A stretch of DNA of 27,000 nucleotides, from IMG/VR virus record IMGVR_UViG_3300025723_000142, positions 1 through 27,000 of that record, one strand, 5' to 3'. Position 1 is the first letter of the stretch. Every line of letters begins with the position of its first letter. The notes below the pieces were generated by a model that saw nothing but the letters and a program-made list of their open reading frames with translations, was not told the origin of the DNA and did not search any database. Positions 1-7,092 of this stretch are shown piece after piece. Both the position numbers and the translations under genes were made by a program. This stretch comes from a virus. Its lineage: Duplodnaviria > Caudoviricetes.

Positions 1-1009
1 CTGCGCCCGAGGTGCTCATGGTGATAGCCACCGAGCCTGCGGCGTTGTTCGTGATGAGCGTGGAGCCGTAGGAAGCCGAGACCGAGGCGGCGTTGCTCGA
101 CACCGTGACGCTCTGCGTGGTCTTGACTAGGTTGCCCAGAGTCGAGCCGGTACCGCCACGAGTGATTGCCAGCGTGTTGATAGTGTCGCCAATGTCGTTA
201 CTTGAAATTTCGTACCACTGCGAGCCGTTGTAGTTGACAAACGAGTAGGAGCCGTAGGCCGGAACGCTGAACGTCGTGACGCCGGTAGTGGAGCCGAGCG
301 GAACCATTGACGGAGTAAAACTCAGGCTGACAGAGACCGATGCTTTGTTGATGACCGTCCAGTTAGAGCCGTCAATAGGGCTTGACGGTGCGGTCAAAGT
401 CTGAGAACTGGTTGAGCCTGAGAAGATGGTTATCTCGTTGCGGCCAACCGTTGCCGAGGCCGAGCGTAGTTGGAGGTGAGACGAGATAGTCGTCGTCCAC
501 GTGCCAGGGGTGCCAGCAGTTGTGCAAACCCAGATGGTGCCGGTCTGATCAACGATGAAGTCGCCAACGGCAAACGTACCCGACGTAGGCGCGCCGTTTG
601 CAGTTCCTCCGACGTAACGAGTAGCAGTCGTGGCGCCGGTAAGACCAGACACCTTGAGGTCAGGTACAACTACTTCGCCAGTGAACGTAGCGCCAGAAAG
701 AGGTGCCAACTGGTTTAGCAAGTTAGCGTCTACGGTCTGGGCAATCTGGTAGTTGGCCGTAATCGTCTGAGCAGTGGTGCCGTATTGTGCGCGGGTGATG
801 GTAAGTGTGTCACCCGTTACGTTTGTCACTCGGCAAATCTCGGCGTTGGCGTTAGTCGGCGCTTGACCCGCAGGCCAGATGGTCACGTCAAAGGAAGCGG
901 CAGGGAAGTAAGAACCCTGACCAGACGTAACCGTAAGTGACGTACCGGACGTGGCGGGAGAAGGTGCGGTGACAACAAGACTGTACGCAAAGTTCTTTAG
1001 GGCGTCCAT
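1..1009 (-). CDS. Tail fibre / receptor-binding-like virion protein (partial, runs off the window start)
   Basis: Not in the ORF track. Manual translation from ATG 1009 gives MDALKNFAYSLVVTAPSPATSGTSLTVTSGQG...EICRVTNVTGDTLTITRAQYGTTAQ...GAPTSGTFAVGDFIVDQTGTIWVCTTAGTPGTW...AITRGGTG, open to position 1. It is T/S/G-rich with tail-fibre-like motifs. Confidence 0.75.
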   Translation of the reverse strand, partial: MDALKNFAYSLVVTAPSPATSGTSLTVTSGQGSYFPAASFDVTIWPAGQAPTNANAEICRVTNVTGDTLTITRAQYGTTAQTITANYQIAQTVDANLLNQLAPLSGATFTGEVVVPDLKVSGLTGATTATRYVGGTANGAPTSGTFAVGDFIVDQTGTIWVCTTAGTPGTWTTTISSHLQLRSASATVGRNEITIFSGSTSSQTLTAPSSPIDGSNWTVINKASVSVSLSFTPSMVPLGSTTGVTTFSVPAYGSYSFVNYNGSQWYEISSNDIGDTINTLAITRGGTGSTLGNLVKTTQSVTVSSNAASVSASYGSTLITNNAAGSVAITMSTSGA

Positions 1010-1096
1010 TTATTGTTCCAGTTCTGGTACGGTTTCCTCGTCAGGCAAATTCCACGAGGCAGTAGCGGTGGCGGAGAAATCGGCTGTATCCGTCAT
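1010..1096 (-). CDS. 28-aa hypothetical peptide MTDTADFSATATASWNLPDEETVPELEQ
   Basis: The ATG overlaps the upstream TGA (TGATG) and its TAA directly abuts the next ATG at 1009, so it fills the gap exactly. Confidence 0.55.
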   Translation of the reverse strand: MTDTADFSATATASWNLPDEETVPELEQ

Positions 1097-1479
1097 CACG
1101 AAATGGCGACGCTGACCGAACCTGTAGCGAAATTGACAGTGATGCCAGAAGGCAGTGAACCAGACAAGCCGGTAATCGTGCCACCGCCGAGGTAGGTTCC
1201 ACCCGACGAAGCGGTGTAGACGCCAAACCAGCCAATGCCACTACCTTCAGCGGGCAGGTTGGTAAAAGTCTGACTGTTGGTTGAAAGTTCAGCACCACCC
1301 GAAGCCGAGCCAAACGTGATGGCTTGACGAGCGTAAGTGGAACCACCCGTGTTAGTAATCTCACCGCTGGTACCTGTCTGCCCTGGCGAGGTGGTAAACA
1401 GGGCAAGGTAGTACGTGGTGCTGGGAACAAAAATAGCGGCGATTGCCGTGTTCTCTGATGAGACTGCGAGTAGTGCCAT
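1096..1479 (-). CDS. Virion structural protein (tail-fibre-associated type)
   Basis: YLALFTTSPG...GEI...YARQAITF...TFTNL motif pattern is typical of small phage tail structural proteins. AGGA RBS upstream. Confidence 0.65.
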   Translation of the reverse strand: MALLAVSSENTAIAAIFVPSTTYYLALFTTSPGQTGTSGEITNTGGSTYARQAITFGSASGGAELSTNSQTFTNLPAEGSGIGWFGVYTASSGGTYLGGGTITGLSGSLPSGITVNFATGSVSVAIS

Positions 1480-1488
1480 TGTTAGTCC

Positions 1489-1824
1489 TTAGATAATTGA
1501 TTCGCCCTTGTCGATAGCCGACTGGGCTTCTTCAAGGCGCTTGGTAATTTTGCTGTTGCCGATACGTTGACCAGTCTCGATTTCCCACTTCGAATCAGAG
1601 GTCTTTTCTAAAAGGGCTGAACCCTTGACGGACTTAGGCTGCAATCCGCTTTTGCGTAGTCGCCGGTAAGCGGCCACGTCTCGGTGCATCTTTCGTGTTT
1701 CTCGCTCGACGTTGCCAGCCTCGTTGCGCGTAGGCATTGCTGAGCCAGCGAACGTGGTCGAGGCAACCTTGCACCCGAAACAGTTTTCAGGGCAGAGGCC
1801 CCGGTTGTGCTTTACTGCGGTCAT
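1489..1824 (-). CDS. Hypothetical phage protein with Cys motif (CPENCFGCK)
   Basis: ORF track gives 1489..1833. Start moved to ATG 1824 because of the ATGA overlap with the upstream stop and GGAGG 9 nt upstream. Confidence 0.7.
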   Translation of the reverse strand: MTAVKHNRGLCPENCFGCKVASTTFAGSAMPTRNEAGNVERETRKMHRDVAAYRRLRKSGLQPKSVKGSALLEKTSDSKWEIETGQRIGNSKITKRLEEAQSAIDKGESII

Positions 1825-2231
1825 GCTATGCATCCTCCATACCCAGCCGCGGTCAAAGCGGTTTGCTCTGTCGCGGTGATAGCCGTGGGTCCCAAGTACA
1901 CTTTAGCCACGTAGGGGTTTTGTGACACTGTTGTCTTTACTTGCTTGCGTGGGCTTTGCGAGTAGTCAACGTAGTACGAAGTTGAATAAGGCGAAGCTGG
2001 ATCATAAGGGTTGTATGGATACGGAATGTTTGTATTCGTGTTGCCAATGATGTTGCCGCTGAGGTCATATCCATTGGGCGTGTCCTGCACATACGTGCCA
2101 TCGCTTAGGAGAAAGACAGCGATGTACCGCTTGCGGTTAGGGAAGTACCTAAACAAACGAGTCCCCAGCCCACCTGCACCAGGCAGGATGGGTGGGTTAT
2201 CGTATGCAACGGGCGGAGTGAAAGTTGCCAC
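1821..2231 (-). CDS. Hypothetical protein (structural module)
   Basis: 136-aa ORF, co-oriented and tightly packed in the late operon. Confidence 0.7.
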   Translation of the reverse strand: MATFTPPVAYDNPPILPGAGGLGTRLFRYFPNRKRYIAVFLLSDGTYVQDTPNGYDLSGNIIGNTNTNIPYPYNPYDPASPYSTSYYVDYSQSPRKQVKTTVSQNPYVAKVYLGPTAITATEQTALTAAGYGGCIA

Positions 2232-2237
2232 TCCGAA

Positions 2238-2465
2238 CTACTTACGGCCTTGCGCTCCAAGGCGGAGAGCGGCTTCAGTGTCCGTAGTGCCACGTCCACC
2301 AGTGGTCTGCACCTCTGGGCGTGGGCCGGTAGCGTCACCGACAGGCATGTTCACACGGTCAATACCCATCTGGCTCTGCTCAAGCAAAGTGGTAGGGCGG
2401 AAGTCCATTGTGAAACCATCACGCGTAGATTCAGTGCTGTACACAGCGTCATAACGGCTTGGCAT
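2238..2465 (-). CDS. Hypothetical protein
   Basis: 75-aa ORF with a TAATG overlap to the upstream gene. Confidence 0.65.
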   Translation of the reverse strand: MPSRYDAVYSTESTRDGFTMDFRPTTLLEQSQMGIDRVNMPVGDATGPRPEVQTTGGRGTTDTEAALRLGAQGRK

Positions 2466-2722
2466 TAGATATCCTCTCGAACCTTGAACGGCATGACTTC
2501 AGGCTGAATGGTTGCAGCCGCGTAGTCAATGGTGGTGATGCCGGTAATCATTGGAGCCATGAAACCGTCGCGGTTCGTGTTCGCTTCCATGCCACGGTTG
2601 GCTGGGCCGGTCGTGGTCGTGGAGGTAACGGGAGTCGGAATGATTCCAGTGTCAATGTAGTTAGCGGCGGTGCTACGAAGGTCGTATTCCGAGATTGGCT
2701 TGAAGGCTGCGCGTGATTCCAT
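2465..2722 (-). CDS. Hypothetical protein
   Basis: ORF track gives 2465..2752. Start moved to ATG 2722 (MESRAAF...), which overlaps the TAA of the 2722..2901 ORF. Confidence 0.65.
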   Translation of the reverse strand: MESRAAFKPISEYDLRSTAANYIDTGIIPTPVTSTTTTGPANRGMEANTNRDGFMAPMITGITTIDYAAATIQPEVMPFKVREDI

Positions 2723-2901
2723 TACATCCACCTTGCGTCTACGAGGGAACACTTACCGCAGTAGCAAGGGTCCGAGGTTTCTCCCTTGACTGCACTAGCG
2801 TTATTGGCGCGAGCGGCAGCCACACGGTCAAACGAACGACCGGGGATTGGGTCTGCGGATTCGATACCGCGAGTCAGGCCGAGGCCCGTAGGGGTTGTCA
2901 T
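2722..2901 (-). CDS. 59-aa hypothetical protein with C-terminal CYCGKC
   Basis: Manual translation MTTPTGLGLTRGIESADPIPGRSFDRVAAARANNASAVKGETSDPCYCGKCSLVDARWM. GGAGG RBS; ATGA and TAATG coupling at the two ends. Confidence 0.65.
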   Translation of the reverse strand: MTTPTGLGLTRGIESADPIPGRSFDRVAAARANNASAVKGETSDPCYCGKCSLVDARWM

Positions 2902-3047
2902 AGTTCCTCCGACGTGAACTGGTCAGATACGGGGACGAGTACACCGTCCTTGTCAGTGAGCCTCCCGCACGTGAGGCAGTGGATTTCATCAATCCCTGCC
3001 TGCACGTCACGAGAACCACAGGCTGCACAACTAAAAGGCCAAGGCAT
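2898..3047 (-). CDS. 49-aa zinc-ribbon-like protein
   Basis: Manual translation MPWPFSCAACGSRDVQAGIDEIHCLTCGRLTDKDGVLVPVSDQFTSEEL, with CxxC-x13-CxxC. GGGGA RBS; the stop overlaps the next ATG. Confidence 0.6.
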   Translation of the reverse strand: MPWPFSCAACGSRDVQAGIDEIHCLTCGRLTDKDGVLVPVSDQFTSEEL

Positions 3048-3065
3048 ACTCGTCCCCTATCCTGA

Positions 3066-4421
3066 CTAAGCCAAGTTGACGTTAGTGGTACCGGATTCAC
3101 CCAGGTCAACGCCAGGGGTGTAGTAGGCGTTCGTGATGTCACTGTTGAGCAGCGAAGCCGACTCAATGCGAACAATCGAAGCCTGACGGAAGATGCTGTA
3201 CGCACCGAGCCAGTACCAACCCAGCGGGACGTAGCGGCGCAGACGGTCAGTGATGGGACCGGGAACGACGTGCGGGTAAGCACCGTTTCCGTCAATCATC
3301 GAGTACGCCTTGGCAAGAGCCTGGCGACCGAGAATCATCGTACCGTAAACGTTCACACCCGAAGTCGTGGGCGAGGTGGTCGTAACCGTACCAGTGGTGA
3401 CGCTACCCGTGGCGCTGGTCACAACAAAGTTGAACGCAGGCGTAGGAACAGCGGCAGTACCCGAACCAACCGAGATGGTCGTGATGCCGGTGACGGTGAT
3501 GGTACCGACGACGGTAGCACCCGAAGTCACGAGCGTCGAACCAACCTGAGGCGCGTTACCAGTGTAGGTACCCTGGCCAACGGTGCCAGTGGCCGACGAG
3601 GCGGCGATGGCGGTCGTTACGGTGTAGGTACCGGCAGTGGCGGAAGCACCAGCACCAGCGAAGATAGGCGCACGAGGCGTCTCAATCCAACGGACACCTT
3701 CGAACGCACCCAACTCACCAGTCCAGATTTCACCTGGCTGAGCGTACACGTGAGGCGCACGCCAACCCTGAATGTTGGAACCAGCGACGGACTCACCCTG
3801 AAGGTCAGCCACAATGTCTGGGTGGACGTAACCCACGTACATACCACCAAAGGTAGGAACGTTCTGCGAGCGCAGACGCGCACGAGCGACACGAATGTCA
3901 AGGGCAGAGATGGTGTTGGAGGCAGCCACAGCCGAGCGAGCCGTAGGCGCGCTCAGAGCGGTCGAGCCAAGACCCGAAGCGTACTGTACGTTGGTACCGG
4001 AGTCCAAGGCAGCACGAGCGATCGTGTCAATCGACACACCAGCGTTGTAACCAACGACGTTGGCAACTACGGGGTCAATGTCCACGAACGAGGTACCACG
4101 CAACTTGGCGGTGGTGAGTACGGCGTTACCGTATTCAGCCAGCGTCAGCGTGACCTGCGAGTCAGACAAGGCAACGGTCGCCACGTCGCTCGACTCGGAC
4201 AGGGCCGAGGAAGCGATGGGAAGGTCGTTGACAATGGTGAACGTCACAGACGAACCAGGCATCGACTGAGCAGTCGGCTGGACGTCGGCGGCGGCGTCAA
4301 AGTACAGTTCAGGACGGAGGGCGAAGTACGCCAGTCGGTCGTAGGCTGCCTTTGAGAAGTCAAGGGTAGACTGACCCGTGTAAGCGTCAGTACCCGCTAC
4401 GTTGCCAAATTCATTGGCCAT
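3066..4421 (-). CDS. Major capsid protein (N4-gp56-like family, HK97 fold) with Thr-rich insertion
   Basis: Motifs TLTLAEYGN, YVGYVHPD, GELGAFEGVRWIE, GPITDRLRRYVPLGWY. Located downstream of a scaffold-like gene. Confidence 0.9.
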   Translation of the reverse strand: MANEFGNVAGTDAYTGQSTLDFSKAAYDRLAYFALRPELYFDAAADVQPTAQSMPGSSVTFTIVNDLPIASSALSESSDVATVALSDSQVTLTLAEYGNAVLTTAKLRGTSFVDIDPVVANVVGYNAGVSIDTIARAALDSGTNVQYASGLGSTALSAPTARSAVAASNTISALDIRVARARLRSQNVPTFGGMYVGYVHPDIVADLQGESVAGSNIQGWRAPHVYAQPGEIWTGELGAFEGVRWIETPRAPIFAGAGASATAGTYTVTTAIAASSATGTVGQGTYTGNAPQVGSTLVTSGATVVGTITVTGITTISVGSGTAAVPTPAFNFVVTSATGSVTTGTVTTTSPTTSGVNVYGTMILGRQALAKAYSMIDGNGAYPHVVPGPITDRLRRYVPLGWYWLGAYSIFRQASIVRIESASLLNSDITNAYYTPGVDLGESGTTNVNLA

Positions 4422-4452
4422 GGTGGGGGTTTCCTTTCAGGAAGTGAAAGGC

Positions 4453-4935
4453 TTAGTACATCCCCGTTGTGGTGACACCGACCTTGCGGCCTACATCTCC
4501 ACGAGCGATTGCCATGACTTCCTCGACGCTAGATGCACCCGCCAACGCTGCGAAGTACTCCTGCTGGGGGTCTGGTGTAGCACCAACCGTACCAATAGTC
4601 GCACCCTGCGCCCGACGTAGGGCTTCAAGCTCAAGGTCACTCGACGGTGTTGCCTGCTGTGCTGGGGCTTCCAAGATACCGTATTCACGAGCCTTTTCCC
4701 GAATTGCATCGAGATCAGCCTCACCACGGTACGCATCACGGAAAAGGTTTCCGAGAGGCGAGTCTGGAATACCAGCCTTAGCCAACAAAACTTCACGCTT
4801 TGAGTTCTCAAGTTCCTGGCGCATTGCGTCCAGTTCCTTGCGAGCCTTCTCAGCTTCACGCAACTGCTTCCGAATGTTCGGGTCTAGCGGCTGGGTCTGC
4901 TGTTCTTGCTCATCAAATTCGTCGTCGTATGCCAT
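4453..4935 (-). CDS. Putative capsid scaffolding protein
   Basis: Acidic N-terminus, coiled coil (IRKQLREAEKARKELDAMRQELE), immediately upstream of the capsid gene. AAGGAG RBS. Confidence 0.7.
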   Translation of the reverse strand: MAYDDEFDEQEQQTQPLDPNIRKQLREAEKARKELDAMRQELENSKREVLLAKAGIPDSPLGNLFRDAYRGEADLDAIREKAREYGILEAPAQQATPSSDLELEALRRAQGATIGTVGATPDPQQEYFAALAGASSVEEVMAIARGDVGRKVGVTTTGMY

Positions 4936-5087
4936 GCAATCGCTCCTTGCGGGTACGCACTTTGCCAGAGGGTAACAAAGCGGATAAGTTGTAAAACTGC
5001 ACTAGGTACGCATCGGGAATGTGCTGTTCCCAAATGGGGTTGGTGGTCAGCGCGCCTGCGGCCAAACAGGGCCAACTACCTAGAAAC

Positions 5088-5117
5088 ATTGTACAGTGCG
5101 CATAACGTAATGTTACG
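5088..5117 (-). promoter_or_regulatory. Putative late promoter CGTAAC-N18-TACAAT for scaffold/capsid
   Basis: Intergenic -10 TACAAT (5093-5088) with CGTAAC (5117-5112). The same arrangement occurs at 17711-17739 and 18180-18208. Confidence 0.6.
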
Positions 5118-5120
5118 CTA

Positions 5121-6587
5121 CTAAGTTCGCGCGGAACCTATACCCATGACACCCTTAGCGTTCTCGGCGTAACCGCCACCCTTTTCAAACGGTGCGGCCT
5201 TAGCCTGTTCTGCGCGAGCGACCTCGGTTTGTGCGGCGACTTGGTTGATGCCACCGAAGCCAGCGAGTTGCGAAGCGATAAGCGTTTTGGTGTCAACGGT
5301 AGGCGCAGCCAATCCAGGCAACGACTTGGTAAGGGCGACGTCACGACTGGCACCGAGGAGGCTACCTTCGATTTGAGTAACGCCGTAGCCGAGTGCCTGA
5401 TTGCCTGCGGTGCTGGCGAGTCGAGCCATGTCTGCAAGCTGACTGCCCATGTTGCGCCCCACGCCACCCAAACCGACACGACCGGCGTAGTCTTGGATTT
5501 CGGCAGAGGCGACCTGACGTTGCATCTCTGGCAGACCCTCGACCGGCTTACGGCCTGGCAACTTGCCGGTAGCAAGATATCCCTTGATATCGTTTTCGTT
5601 GATGCCAAACTCACGTTGCAGGATTGCCTTGGTACCCGCGTCAGCGTTCTGCACTGCGCTGTAAATGTCCTGCACACGCTGTTGGTATTCAACGGGGGAA
5701 ACGTTCCCGTTCAGTAGTTTGCCGACGTCCTGCTTGTTGGGCGCTGGAACGCCGTACTGCGTTGCCGTGTCACGGATACGCTGGGTGTACTGCTGGTAGG
5801 CGGATTCGGTCATGTAGACATTGACGCTGTTGGGGTTCTTTTCAAGGCTGGCGTTGTAAGCAGCAAGACCTGGGAATGCATTGTCGTAAGCCTGCTTGAA
5901 TTCCTTTTGCGCTTCAGATCCGAGTGACGAGGGCAAGTTGCCGCGGATAATCTCGACCAACTCACGGGTGTTGGTGACATTGTTGCGCGGGTCAGTAATA
6001 ATCTTGTAGACCTTGTTAGCCTCGCTTGCCAGTCCCCAGTCCTGCAAGTAAGACTGGATTACACCGTAGGCGCTTTCAATGGCGCTGGCGCTGGTCTTGC
6101 TAGTTCCAGCGGTGACAGGTCCACTGACCGTCGTGCTGGGCGTGATGGTAGGCGTTACGGGCGTTTTAGGCTTTTTAGTTGTGACTTCAACTGTTGGGAC
6201 TGTGTAGTTGCCTAGGTTGTACTTCGAGATGTTGAGGTTGGTAGTTACTGCCGAGTAGTACTTGGTAGCGTTTTTTCCGTTGGGGTCAAAGCCAGCAGGG
6301 AACAGAGAGGTGATAAGCCCTGTTTTTTGTTCGGTGGTGTAAGGGGAGGTTTGAATTGCCTCATACAATTCCTTACCCGTTACCGGAGCGTAAGGCGCTT
6401 GGGACAATCCAGCTTTTGCTGGTGGGTAGTAAGTGAGTTTTGACCCAGCAGGCAAACCTAACCGGCTAGCAATGCTGGCAGGGATAACCATAGGCGGTGC
6501 AGTGTTGGCTGGCTTTATAACAATAGTTGGCAAACCTGTTGAGCCAGTTGCTCCTACCGAGCCGACGTCACCAAAGACATTACTCAT
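5121..6587 (-). CDS. Hypothetical virion-associated protein (488 aa)
   Basis: Long ORF in the structural operon with a P/T-rich N-terminus and helical C-terminus. GGAGG RBS, TAATG overlap. Confidence 0.8.
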   Translation of the reverse strand: MSNVFGDVGSVGATGSTGLPTIVIKPANTAPPMVIPASIASRLGLPAGSKLTYYPPAKAGLSQAPYAPVTGKELYEAIQTSPYTTEQKTGLITSLFPAGFDPNGKNATKYYSAVTTNLNISKYNLGNYTVPTVEVTTKKPKTPVTPTITPSTTVSGPVTAGTSKTSASAIESAYGVIQSYLQDWGLASEANKVYKIITDPRNNVTNTRELVEIIRGNLPSSLGSEAQKEFKQAYDNAFPGLAAYNASLEKNPNSVNVYMTESAYQQYTQRIRDTATQYGVPAPNKQDVGKLLNGNVSPVEYQQRVQDIYSAVQNADAGTKAILQREFGINENDIKGYLATGKLPGRKPVEGLPEMQRQVASAEIQDYAGRVGLGGVGRNMGSQLADMARLASTAGNQALGYGVTQIEGSLLGASRDVALTKSLPGLAAPTVDTKTLIASQLAGFGGINQVAAQTEVARAEQAKAAPFEKGGGYAENAKGVMGIGSART

Positions 6588-7087
6588 TACATTCCTCCTG
6601 CGGGACGTGAGAAGTGTTCTTTCAACGCTTCCATAGTTTGCTGAGCGGTGTTGATTGCTTCAGGGGTTTTGTCATACCCGAAGCCTGGCTCGGTCATAAT
6701 GTGTTGCTTCCATTGATCCAACGACATTGGGGCGGGGCGACCAGTCGTGGGGTCGACGCCACCACTTAGGGCCGCAGTTGCTTTGGGGTCGGACTGGAAG
6801 TTTGGCTCGAAGTCCTCGCCTAGTTTCTGCTTAGCAATCTGGCGGTAAGGGTCAAGAAGATAGGCGGTGGGGATGCCAGCCTTGATTTGCGTGGCAAGCG
6901 TGGGGTATAGGCCCTGTGCCGTGGTCTTGACGTATTCTTCAAACGCCTTAGCCTTTTCGGGCGTGACGCTTTCACCGGCAATCTGCTTGACGGTGTTCTC
7001 GGTTATGGGGACGTGATACAGCTCAGCCATCTGCATCAGGTCCTTATCGGTCATTGTCTTTTCTTGTGGTTTGGTTTCTTCAGTCAT
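6587..7087 (-). CDS. Hypothetical virion-associated protein (166 aa)
   Basis: ORF in the late operon with an AGGA RBS. Confidence 0.75.
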   Translation of the reverse strand: MTEETKPQEKTMTDKDLMQMAELYHVPITENTVKQIAGESVTPEKAKAFEEYVKTTAQGLYPTLATQIKAGIPTAYLLDPYRQIAKQKLGEDFEPNFQSDPKATAALSGGVDPTTGRPAPMSLDQWKQHIMTEPGFGYDKTPEAINTAQQTMEALKEHFSRPAGGM

Positions 7088-7092
7088 AGTTC

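Noticed and set aside
3047-3068. Read-through from the capsid into the in-frame Zn-ribbon ORF, or amber recoding
   Set aside because: It needs two TAG read-throughs (TAG TCA GGA TAG). TAG is a normal stop elsewhere and the long ORFs are intact in the standard code.
3270-4355. 361-aa plus-strand ORF
   Set aside because: Antisense shadow of the capsid gene, R/G-rich as expected from codon bias, with no RBS.
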